DNA of 63,608 nt, counting the filler, from Folioceros fuciformis (Eukaryota), in the NCBI GenBank assembly GCA_049999805.1. It is 8 parts of 8 records of this genome, joined end to end, with 100 filler letters (N's around TTAATTAATTAA, not from the genome) between each part and the next. Parts side by side here need not be neighbours in the genome. Positions count along the whole stretch, not along the records: positions 33,669 to 43,931 come from JBNGIO010003935.1; positions 44,032 to 47,787 come from JBNGIO010003936.1; positions 47,888 to 56,712 come from JBNGIO010003938.1; 5 more parts are not named here. One strand, 5' to 3'. How positions within the stretch are numbered: position 1 is the first letter of the stretch; every line of letters starts with the position of its first letter. The translations under genes were made by a program, and so were the position numbers. Positions 41,251-53,037 of the stretch are shown here, in pieces. The notes below the pieces were generated by a model, which was given only the letters and a program-made list of their open reading frames with translations, was not told the DNA's origin and did not search any database.

Positions 41251-42969
41251 CTTCGTCACTACAAAGTAATTGAAGGCATGAAACCGGAAGCACCAAGTCG
41301 ACATGGTCATGTCTTTGTATGCATCATGCTAAGCGTGCTAAGCGCAATGTCACACCACTCCTCACTATGGCGTGTTTACTATCCACAAGCTCTAATAACA
41401 GAGTGCCTGGCCGTAATGCATATCATCACTGTAATCTCATTGCAACGTAATCTATCCTGTATACATCTATTGTGCTACCTTGCGAGTTACTGGACAACAC
41501 CCTTCTACCTGAGAATGCGTATAAGTATAGTAATATTTTCTATTATTAATAAAGAGATGGAAAATCCAATCTATTCCAAAGATTGGAGGAACAACCCGAG
41601 CAGGGAGGGCCAAAGGCCAAAAGGGGTATTGGCCCCATAAACCCCGTATCAAGTTACATTGCTTGTGTGCTTGTGTTTTGAGAGGACAACATAGTAGTGT
41701 GCAATGAAAGTACGCTTCGTAGTGCACAGTGAGGATTGATCTGCAAGTGGCGGTCGCTCCATTGTAAGAAAATGAACCTATGCAACTCCATTATATACCG
41801 CTGTGGATTGTTGTTGAGGATTATGATGCAAGCTCACAAGTGTATCGAGGGTGTGTTACTTGTTTCACAGCAATCTCCCTAAATGGTTGGTGCAAAAAAG
41901 TGTAAGGAAGTTGTAAGTGGCAAGCTGCACTATCGTTAACAATTGCTGCTTGCATATTCAAGTTCGAGGACATGAGCAACAGGTTTCACAGCCGGAAGGG
42001 ATTTTATGAGGTTGACTCATAAGGAGTTTAGTATGAAGTGAAAGAAGAAGCCTCAAATTTGCTTAAAAGGCTACAAGGAAGGCATTTCTTTACCCTCTCC
42101 ATTAAGAGAGCCACTACTCGCCACCCTACAAGCGTTATTATTTTACAAACAAATGTAGTGTATATGTAGGACTTGTTTCCAACCATTTCTGATCTAGGGA
42201 GCACACTAGTTAGATCACACCTAGGAAAGCCAGGCTGTGCTAATAGCCCAAGAACACCAAGCACTAAAGTTGTGTCATTAGGTGACCTGGACACGATCAT
42301 ACCCACATCTTCTCATGCAAAAGTGAATTTACAACTAGCAAAAAAGCATTTAACAAGTTGTGCGCCTAACGATCGTATTCCGTCAAATCGGGCTCCGGGT
42401 GATTTTTTCCGTTATTTTTGTGGCGCATATCCATGATTTATGCTATTTGGTGTGGAAGACCCCCAAATATACTGAACAATGGTCACGACGAACTTCGTAT
42501 TCATCATGTTTACTTAGAAACTACGCGAAATTGCGGGTTGCCAGCAGTAAAATTCCTTGATACTATCTAGTTCCACGGTTGGTCTGACACTACCGACTGC
42601 ATCTAGACGAGACGATAATTTCCAAAATTGTAATTAGTAGAAATTGGAAAATGTTAAGGGTTTTTCAATATCGACCATTTATGCATACCTGCGCTGATAT
42701 GCCGGCGCACTCCTTCAGGAAGTGCGCTGAGTAGCTGGTGAACACCCAGATCGGGTCTGGGGAAAGTGCAACACAACCATTCAAAATGGTTCGCCGATAG
42801 GCCGAGTGCGCCGCTCTATATGCGCACCCCCACAAGGGTACTTATGAATAGCCAACCACAGCTCTTTGCAAACAGTGTTCATATATATGAAGTGTGGTAT
42901 ACATGAAAGTACTGAACCAGTATAGTCTAAGTTTCTGCAAGTTGGTCGTCGATTTCATCTGGACGATTT

Positions 42970-43931
42970 TCCTAATCCCGCTTAACCACATACAAGTTCT
43001 TTCTAATAAGATTTTGAGTGCGAGCGTGCAGCTGTTTTTGACGAGTCAACTCAAATCCATACGCTAAAATAAAAGTGTTCGCGATAGATATTGTGTCAAT
43101 ATGCTTCCGAAGTCTTCTGCTTGGCCACCGCTTACGTGATACTCTGAGTGTCATTTACCTTCTGTGTGTCCAACACTTTGGCGATCCAAAAAGGCTTGTT
43201 GTCTTCGTCTGTCTCGCATGGGACAACAATCATGTGCCCTGCTTCTATCTCTTATACATCTCCACTGAAGCTGTCAACATCGTTGCGAACGTGTGCGTCT
43301 CTTCTATACGGACCCATATACATATCTCTTCTAGGAACTTCTCGTATCTGTGGGTTTTCCAAAACCACAGCATCTAGCACGAGTAACGATGTATTCAACA
43401 ACTTTGCCTCATCGCGATTATACCATCGCCATGGCCACAAAAGGTCTTGCTCCACACCCGAATTTATTATTTGAACGATGGCCTCTTGCTCTGCCCAAAA
43501 TGAATCCCACCAGATGTCCTCGCCCACACCTAAGTGCTGTCGTAATTTGCACTCCAATCTTGATCAAATCTGCGACAGATTATATTCTGGCACATTGTCA
43601 GTAATAGTCTTCTGTTTCCTATCCTCACTTGCAGATGCATCAGTGGAGCGGCTTTCATAACCCCATCCGGAACTGCTTTGAGAAATTCTATACCGTCATC
43701 AGGCGACCGGTATTGATTGGTGGAATATTGTTTCCCTCTCATAACTGTAACAGATCCATGATCTCCACGGCTCTCTTGCATGATCTTGAACTAGTGTTGA
43801 AAAGATATATTGTGCAGCTAATGAACCGCTGCAACACTGTGATATCCTGCTTTCCCATATGGTATAGGCCACACAAACTTTCATAAGTCCGGCACCTCTT
43901 TCACCTCATGAACGTCTGGCATGGGGGTATA
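42970..43931 (-). mobile_element. Decayed transposase-like ORF C-terminus (family uncertain)
   Basis: Broken translation PDVHEVKEVPDL...YRSPDDGIEFLKAVPDG...GHMIVVPCETDEDNKPFWIAKV looks protein-like and transposon-like. The family cannot be verified here. Confidence 0.35.
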
Positions 43932-44031
43932 NNNNNNNNNNNNNNNNNNNNNNNNNNNNNNNNNNNNNNNNNNNNTTAATTAATTAANNNNNNNNNNNNN
44001 NNNNNNNNNNNNNNNNNNNNNNNNNNNNNNN

Positions 44032-44734
44032 AGCGTGTTGCTGGCTGTACAGTGTTTGGTAGGATCGCGGGCAGCGTGTTGCCGGTTGTATAGTATCTAG
44101 TAGGATCACAAGGCGTAATGACCAGGGTGAAGGGGCTTGCCCCTAGCTCTTGATTGTAAAGGATGTGTCTTTCTCTCGACTTGTGTACTCTTCTTCCCTG
44201 TTTGGACAAGTGCTATAGGCCGGCCATGTTTCATGGCGTCCGGTAAGGTTGTGGGGAGGAGATATCTGAGAGGGGAGTGTGTTTCCTTCTTTCTTTTCTT
44301 TGGGGTTAGTCTAGTGACTCTTGCCGAGTAGGAGGAGTCAGTAGGGAAGCGTAGAAGGTAGTGGTGTCGTTGCTAGTTGCTGGTTGCTGGTTGTTGCTGG
44401 TGCTGGAGTGAGTGAGTGATTGAAGTGAAGTGAGGGAAGTCGCAGATTTGAGAAGTTAGGGTCATTGTAGTGACTAGAGTGAGTTTGTGGGCACCGAGAG
44501 AGGTGCAACTGACTGCTGGATAGCGAGGATTGTCCCACGCCTGATCGAAGATGGAGGGGAGCCCTCGAATCTATCATCGAGTCGATTGAGTCCGACCCTT
44601 CATCCAAAGCAGCTAAGAACCTTATCACTCCACAATGGGAACGAAACCCAATGTCTCAACGACAGTGGGTTAAGTGTGGCCACTAAAGGTTGAACCCGTT
44701 GGCGAACAGTGCCCGGGGTTTTGCCACCACAACA
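44032..44734 (-). mobile_element. LTR (starting TGTTGTGGTGGCAAAACCCC), inverted relative to a second copy at 47622-47787
   Basis: 44570-44734 is the reverse complement of 47622-47787, with substitutions. Confidence 0.8.
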
Positions 44735-47440
44735 GGCCGGGTAGAAATAGGATCAGCATCATCATCCGTCTCCAGTGCTGCGTTTTGTCCTTATTCAAGA
44801 ACAGGAGGATGTTGTTCATGCAAGGCTGGCAGATTTGGATCTTCAAGCACAGGTATGGTTTCAGGGTCAACTACACCTGCCTCATTAGTATCTGCAAAAT
44901 CAAAATCTGCTATGTCTTCCCCACCTGCAGGAACAATGTCCTCAGGTCGAACATGTTGAGTTCCATGATTAGTTTGGTCAAAATAGGAATCAACAAAGCC
45001 TGTGGAGTCTTCATCATTGTTGAGAATAGGATCCTTACTAGACTCCAAGGATGCCCAAGTGCGACTTTCATCAAAGGTAACACTTTGGGCATAGACAATC
45101 TTGTTCTTACGGACATCATAAAGCTTATAGGCTTTGATTCCTTCTATGTAACCTAACATGAGAAGCTTTTTAGCCTTATCTAACAACTTTTTCCTCTTCT
45201 CCTTAGTATGAAGGCATAAGCCACACAACCAAAAGTTTGCAAGTGTTGATCTAATGGTTTGGGACCCGTGAAGGCCTCTTAGGGGGTTTTACCTACAACA
45301 GAAGTTGTGGGTAACCTATTTCTAAGGTATGTTGAAGTCATAATGGCTTCTGCCCAATCTGACAAGGGAAGCTGAGCAGAATGTAGCAGCGAAGATGTCA
45401 TTTCCTACAAAGGTAGGTTTAGTCGCTTACCAACTCCATTCTATTGAGGGGTATAGACAACTGTTAGTTGTCGACCAATGCCTTCAACCANNNNNNNNNN
45501 TCTGTTGAGGGGTATAGACAACTGTTAGTTGTCGACCAATGCCTTCAGCCACACAGAAAGCCTGAAATTCATTGGAGGTAAACTCTCCCCCATTATATGA
45601 TCTCACAGTTTTTAGTTGCTTTCCAATCCACCTTTTAGCATACTTTAGATAATCTCTGAAATGTCTAAAGCACTCACTTTTCTGTTTCAGAATGTAGGTA
45701 GTGACAAACCTGGTTTTGTCACCTGTAAAAGTAAGGAAATATCTCCCACCTCCTATGGATTCCTATGAGAGTGGGCCACACAAATATGTGTGCACAAGTT
45801 CTAAAACCTATGAAGCCCTGTGTGGTGCTTTATTCTTAAAAGCAGCTTGATGTCTCTTAGAAAGAACACAGGACTCGCAAAGTGGGAGTGGAGCCAACGT
45901 TCCAATTGGTCCATCTTGATAAAGGTCACTAACAGCTAACCTCTGTAGTTTTGCTGTGTGAGGGTGACCTAGTCTTGCATGCCATAACTTAGACTTGTCT
46001 ATTTGTTGTGTAGGTACAGTGGTGACATCTCGAGCGAAGTGAGAGGTTGGAGCACCACTACTTGTATGAAGACGAAAAAAATCATGATTTTTAGAACCAT
46101 AGGCAAGTATTTTTCTATGGTCAAATGCATCCAGCAGTTGACACTCAGTTCTCGTAAATAGCATATGACAGTTATTGTCAGCATTCATCTTTCTGACTGA
46201 AATTAGATTTCTAGTCATGTCTGGCACATAGTAAACGTCATGCAGTGTTAGTACTGCACCGGACAGAACTAATAAGTCTATTGTGCCACGGCCAGGGGAC
46301 ACTAAGGATCTGTCATCTCCCAGGTAAACGTATTGATCCTTAACTGACTAATATGTTTGAAAAGATCCTTTGTCAAAGAAAATGTGTGCTGTAGCACCTG
46401 TATCTAAGTACCAGTCTACAGCTTGGCTTACCTTCAATTTTGTTGACAAGCAAGCAGGATGCAAGTATGAACTTGCAAAGACTCTCGTACCTACAATGAG
46501 GGCAGAGGGGGTAGGTTGTTTCTTCACAACCACGTGAGTCCCAGCAACTGATGAACCTCCTTGCGAGGAACACTAGATTGCTTCTTTCTACACTCACGTT
46601 CCCAATGACCAGGTAACTTGCACCAGTTACAAGTTCCTATTCTTTTGGGTTTTCTTTGGTTGGCTCCTTGTTCTTATGAGCCACCACCTCTAGATGACCT
46701 ACCTCCACCTGTATTGTAGGGTTTTCCTCCCCCACGACCCCTATTGGATGTGTAGAGGGCTTGCTGTTTTCCAGAACATTTACTGGAACTCCTTGTTGCT
46801 TCTTCTTGGAGCAATGCTCCCACTAACTCTGCAAAGGTGGTTTCAGGAAGTGTAACATTTGCTGCCTTTGCCAGTTTTGAGGTTTGAAGATATGAAGCAT
46901 TAAAAGATGTCACAAAATGTGACCCTGATTTTGGGAGAGATAGTAAGAAGTATAAGGTTAGCATATCTTCTTTGACATTCTCATTTGAGTCACTCTCTAG
47001 TTTAGAGATAAGTGTCCTGAAATGACCAAGGTGCTTCTCTACTAATTCTCCATCTTTCATCTTGCAATCCTGTAAATTACGCAAGGCTTTCAACTGACTC
47101 GTTGTGTTGCTGCCTGAATACAGGTCCTGAAGTCGTGTCCAGATTTCTGCTGAGGTTTTATTTCCAGATGTCTGCCTCAGCATATCTGAGGTTAAACCAC
47201 TCCGGACGAGGAACATGGCAGCTTCATCTTTAGCCACCCATTCGTCCTTTTTAATCGTTTCAGCGGTGGTAGGTGTGGTGGTAGTAGTTGGGAAGTCTTC
47301 ATCACCAACAGCTATCTTCCAAAGCTTTTTATTTTGTAAAGCTCCACGCATTCTGATTACCCATATATCGTAATCATACTCACCAAATATGTCCTTTTCC
47401 CTAAACCCTTCCCCACCATAGCTAGATGAGGGATCAGCCA
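44735..47440 (-). mobile_element. Degenerate Ty1/Copia gag-protease-integrase
   Basis: Gag ORF 46674-47440, CNWCKLPGHWEREC, WYLDTGATAH, LWHARLGHP, RSYNGGEF and MLGYIEGIKAYKLYD. Its zinc knuckle is closely related to that of the 34.7-kb Copia. Confidence 0.92.
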
Positions 47441-48299
47441 TTTTTCCTCTTTGGTATTCTAGGTTAGCTACTCCCAAAACACTAACATACTAACAATGAC
47501 TGACCTTTATGGGTTTGTTTATCTAGACCTTAGGCACGTGTATCTTCAGCAACAGAGTCAAAGAATGTTAGCAACAAGGTTAGACAAACTGTCTACAGGT
47601 ATGTTTACTAACCCATGGTGCTGTTGTGGTGGCAAAACCCCGGGCACTGTTTGCCAATGGGTTCAACCTTTAGCAGCCACACTTATCCCATTATCGTTGA
47701 GACATTGGGTTTCCTTCCTATGAAAGAGCGATGGGGTTCCTAGCTGCTATGGATGGAGGGTCGGACTCAATCGACTCGATGACAGATNNNNNNNNNNNNN
47801 NNNNNNNNNNNNNNNNNNNNNNNNNNNNNNNTTAATTAATTAANNNNNNNNNNNNNNNNNNNNNNNNNNNNNNNNNNNNNNNNNNNNCGATATAAGTTAT
47901 GTTAATAATTATGTAAATTATAATTATGTAATAAATAGGTCATATTAATATTTATACAAATAATAATTAGTTAAGAATTGAGTCATGTTAATGATTATGA
48001 AAATAATAATTAGTTAAGAATTGTGTCATGTTAATGATTATGAAAATAATAATTAATTAATAATTGAGTCATAGCTACTTGAAGGGAAACAAATCTTACA
48101 ACTACACCACTCGTGCTAAAATGTGCAGCTAGTAGGATTGCATTGAAAAGTGGTTCTACACTATGGAGTCATCAACATTCAAAGTTAAGGCATAGCAATA
48201 GTCGTAGGTGAGGAGACAAGATGGTCATAGATTGGAGCAGGCCCAAACTTGCATCATAATGGTAAGGTTGTTGGCGATCAAGATTGAAAATACTTAAGG

Positions 48300-48552
48300 A
48301 AATAGTTATTCCCTTTTGGTGCACATGTACTATTTATGTGCAAAAAGAACAGAGGACTTAGATTGTGTCTAGATTATAGAGCTTTGAACCGTATCATGAT
48401 CAATAATGCATATCTTTTGCCAAGAATGGATGACATGTTTGACAGGTTGAAGGGTGCCAAGTATTTCACCAAGCTGGACCTGATGGTAGAGGACTATCAG
48501 ATCAAGATTGCTGAAGGGCATGAGTACAAAACAACATGTAGAACAAGATACA
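48300..48552 (+). mobile_element. Ty3/Gypsy RT N-terminal fragment
   Basis: PFGAHVLF..KK.RGLRLCLDYRALN...YLLPRMDDMFDRLKGAKYFTKLDL...YQIKI...KTTCRTRY. Confidence 0.9.
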
Positions 48553-48729
48553 TAAAAAGGGGACCTAGCCAAGGGCTAAGTACAGTGTAGTGGAGTTGAG
48601 TTCAATATTTGGATGGTATGCAGTACTCATGCATAGCTGCACATTCAAACTCCTCATTAAGTGTTGCTAGAACTGTCCTGTGAATCTTAGATTTCTATTG
48701 TAATACTTGTACACATACTTTTTGAACAA

Positions 48730-50200
48730 GTATACATACCTCAAAAGCGTCACTCCCTTCTTGGTGGGGATGAAGTGTGCTTGCCTGGTGAATTTATCAA
48801 CCACTATCATGATAGCTGTAAATCCATTATTGGGAGGCAAGGGCATGATGAAGTCTATAGAAATGCTTTTTCATGGCCCCTTTTGGGATAGGTAGGGGTT
48901 GTAACAAACCTATCGGTCTAGACTGCTCAACCTTATCCTGCTGACAAACAACACATGCCTTGACATAATCCAATGTATCTTCATACATTCCTTGCCAATA
49001 AATAGCTTCCTCAACTTTTCATAAGTTGAATCACCTCCACGGTGACCAGCACTTGGCACATCATGACACTTAGAAAGCAATTTCTTGTTCAAGCCTACAA
49101 AGTTAGGGATCATAACTCTCTTCTGTTTGAATATCAATAGTCTATCTCGGAGTTTGAACATGCTTCCTTTCTCTGCCACCCTATTCGTCCAGTCCTACAC
49201 TTCAGGATCTTGCAGATAAGCTTCTTTAATCTCTTTGTGACCATCCTAAGGTTCAATCACAATTGTCATTGCCTTCACTTCTTGACTCTACTTGCAACTC
49301 AGCGCATCTGCAACCTTATTCTCTTTTCTAGGTTTATATCTAAGAGTCGCATCATACACAATTAGAAAATCTTGCTATCTAGCTTGTCCCGCATTCAAGT
49401 TCAATTAGTTTGAGAAGTATGTTGTTCTAATATTATTAGTATACATCACAAAAGACCTACTCAAGAGATAGTGCCTCCAAGCCTTTTAGACAGTGAATGA
49501 TAGCAATCATCTCCTTCTCATACGTGGGATACTTCCTCTTATAAGGATGCAACTTCCTTGACTCAAAAGCTAACGTCTTTTGGTCTTGCATCAAAACTCC
49601 ACCTATAGCCACATCTGAGGCATCACAATACACTTCCACATCTCTCTTGGGGTCATACATTCCCAACATCGAAGTAGTACTTAACTTCTTCTTCACGTAT
49701 TCAAAGGTTGCCTAACACTCAACATCCCATCTCCAAGCTTTTGCTATCTTCAAGAGGTCAATTANNNNNNNNNNNNNNNNNNNNNNNNNNNNNNNNNNNN
49801 NNNNNNNNNNNNNNNNNNNNNNNNNNNNNNNNNNNNNNNNNNNNNNNNNNNNNNNNNNNNNNNNTCTTAGCAAATATATGTACAAACCTCATGTACACAG
49901 AAGCCAAACCCATAAAGCTTTGCACCTCATGAATGTTTCGATGGGGCTGTTAATCTTTGAATGACCTTAACTTTATCAGGATCCATTCTAATGCCCTTGG
50001 CAGAGATAATGAAACTTAAGAATGGACTCTCTATCTTGACAAAATCACACTTCTTGATTGCCAAGAACAAAGAATTCTCTCTTAGTCTTTATAACACTTT
50101 CCTCAAGTGTTCCACATGCTCCTCCAAGATATGACTATAGATCAAAATGTAATCGAGATAGATTAGAACACACTTATCCACCAGATCTATGAATATAGTG
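48730..50200 (-). mobile_element. Ty3/Gypsy RT C-terminus, RNase H and integrase fragments
   Basis: KCVLIYLDYILIYS, VYCDASDVAIGGVLMQ...AFESRKL...YPTYEKE, NKVADALS, CHDVPSAGHRGG and ISIDFIMPLP motifs. Confidence 0.9.
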
Positions 50201-50569
50201 GAGGAGGAAATAACAAAGCTATGTGGTAGTGAATAATAACTTAAAACTTAAATAAATAGTTGTTAAGTTAGTGACTAGAGCTTATGTATAAAAAGGGACC
50301 AAGCCAAGGCCTAAGGATTCCACAGTTGAGTGGAGTTGAGTATCTCCACAAAGCGTTGAGAACAATGGGTGCTTGGGCTGCACCTTGAGAGCATGTGTTG
50401 CTTGGGCCGTAAGTACATAAGAGATATACTGTGAAGAGCTTCCATAGGAGGTCAAGAGAAAGGGAGAACTAAACTCCTAGCTTAAACAAATATGGGAGTT
50501 CTCTCTAACCCTCCAACTTTGTATGTTCTTGTGGTTCTGAAATAAAGAGCGGCAGCTCTTAAAGAAGAG

Positions 50570-50725
50570 GGCGGGCATGTTCACCATACTGGACAAAGGC
50601 ATCAACTTGGTGTCCTTATTCCACGAGTTGTGTATGAAGCTGCTTTCCCTTCTCCAATCCCTGGGAGCCCATGCTTGCACATCCCTAGAGGAGGCAGATA
50701 AATATCACAGAATCAGGGACAAGGG
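50570..50725 (-). pseudogene. PPR gene fragment
   Basis: LVPDSVIFICLL*GCASMGSQGLEKGKQLHTQLVE*GHQVDAFV is a typical plant PLS-PPR segment with stops. Confidence 0.7.
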
Positions 50726-52403
50726 CTGCGACAGTTCTTCGAATCAGGCAGATGCGCACCCTTTCCACTGCATTACTTGGGTGGCACTGGCAAGATTGCC
50801 AGGCTTGAAATGCACCTGTCGAATTTCCGTCACCGGGCCGCGGGGACAAAATCTGGTCTGCATCACTGCTTCGCACAATTAGCCCCATCCTACTAGTCCC
50901 TTCTACTGTAGTTCTGGCATTAAAATTCCAGTCGCGAGGACTTGCATGCACCATGATCGATCCGACGCTCTTCCAGCAGTGGGCCAAGGTCGATCAAAAA
51001 TAAGTTCCTGACGGTCGGAACTCTTGAAGAGCTCACCCTAACTTCATTAGGCGTGACCTCCATGAGCATCACTCGTATGTGTTTCTGTTAAGCAATTGAC
51101 GATGAAGGCACGTGGTGGCCTCAGCCACTAGTGACAAGGTACAGGAAGATCCCACCCGTAGCGACTTCCCGCACTCCGCCGCGGAACCTCTCCCCTCGAT
51201 TGCCGACAGGCAGAGCTCTGAAGATTGGGCACATCCTGAATGGGCTCAGTAAAGAAGCCTTTCGGAAGGGCAACGAAATGAACGTTCAAATCTTGGAAGA
51301 CGACAAGAGGCAGATTCGGTTCTTCGGAACAGCCGGGTTTGCAAACAAATGTGATCGACTTGTACATGCTTGCTCGCTATGCACCGTTTAGTCAGACATA
51401 TGCGTGTGTATGTCTTCAAATGGGTTAAATATTGGTCACCAGTGTATTGGTCAGCAAATCGATGCTGGCATGCAACAAAACAAATTCTGTCGAGTCCATA
51501 ATGTTACATGTGGCAGCCTTGGAACTGCGTATGCTACCGTTGTGAGCCGCTTCAGGAAACCCGACAACAAGGACTGCAACCGTTGACGATGCCCAAGGTT
51601 TGAGAGGACATGTGTTCGTGGTGACTGCCCCTAGCTTTTCACATAAATGGCATACGCTGGAGACATGGACGGAATGAAACACAACAGCAACAGGCCACAA
51701 CATGTCTCTGCACAACCATGTCGATAGCATCCAAAACATGGACAACCTACAGCACAGGAGCAACCACCTATCTACCACTGCGCCCTGTCTCCACCAGTTC
51801 CTACGCCAACTCATCCAGTTGCCCCTTCCAAGGGGTCCACAGTTGCTGCAAGGGTTCGCACGGTCTCTTCACAGCATCCGCTTGTCTGATGCACCACAGC
51901 CACAATGAGCGACCGTCCAGTGACCTACCGCTCGCTTCTGTCTGGTGTTACTGTTACATGAAGGCTTCTGAGGAGCTCCAGATGCGATTTGATCGTGGGA
52001 CATCTTGTTCCAGCTTTCGCTGCTCGGAAACTGAAATATCCATCCTAAAGATGAAAACGAAAGACGTGAAAATCACAAGACCGCAACTGTGTGTTTGCCT
52101 CTTCAAACCTAGAGCTGGAGCTGTGTACGAAACCGCAGTGCAACACGTTCTTCCCTCCCTACCGATAGCATCCATGAGCCATCATCTGCTCATGGACATC
52201 AGGACGTTGTGAGAGGTCTCTCTTGCCTAACAGGAATTAATGCGTAGAAAGGGAGAAGTGAGAAAACGCTCTCAGAAGCAGTTTCATACAGTCACCGACA
52301 AACAATCAGGATGTAGCTGAAGACGATACCTGACATTTGCTTCAAGGCATTACAGGACCCAGCTGGCCACACGCTAGCCAGGCATATGGAGAGCAAGGAA
52401 TGA

Positions 52404-53016
52404 TCAAGACCACTGATGCTTTTTCTCGGTTGTGGTGAGGACCTGGGAATCTTGGAATCTTTCCTACAATCCTTGTACGGTTATTTGCGAAACCTCCATG
52501 CCCCTGAGCTTGCGAATCACGCTTGTTAGAATGTTCATCACGCTTCTCAGAGAGTGCTTAATGATGGCTTCCATGAAAGCCATGATAAAGTTTGTGCCTT
52601 CCTTGACGTCTCCAAAAGATTTACCTCCAGGACTCGTGGAGAAACCACGAGAACGTCGCTCAAAGAATGAAGGAGTCGAATCCTCGTGCTGGCACCTGGC
52701 TTTCCTCAACACCAGACCCGTTAGCTTTGCTCCCAGTGGCAGGGTTGGCGGCGCCTAACCCTGCTTTTCTATCCTTTTGACAAGACTGCCAGTGCCTCGA
52801 CAGGCATTTATGACAAGCACCTAGTGCAGATCGCACCTAGTGCCAAGCACCTGCCGTGTTTGCCAAATACCTGCATTCTGCGATGGGCTTCACATATCAT
52901 CTTCAACATCAAGCTTCTCGGCCTTGTCTGCTTCACCTAAGCAAACATACTGTCTACCATCTTCTTCAGTTCGACCATGGGCATTGACACACAACACAGA
53001 GCAATGGTTGTCTTCC
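52404..53016 (-). pseudogene. Partial, diverged second copy of a caspase (C14A) p20/p10 domain
   Basis: EDNHCSVLCVNAHGRTEEDG (His-Gly at 52974-52979), ECRYLAN, VLVINACRGTG (52794-52808), FSTSPGGKSFGDVKEGTNFIMAF, ILTSVIRKL and RFQDSQVLTTTEKKHQWS*. Frameshifts and stops are present. Confidence 0.8.
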
Positions 53017-53037
53017 AGGGCTTAGGGAATGGAATGG

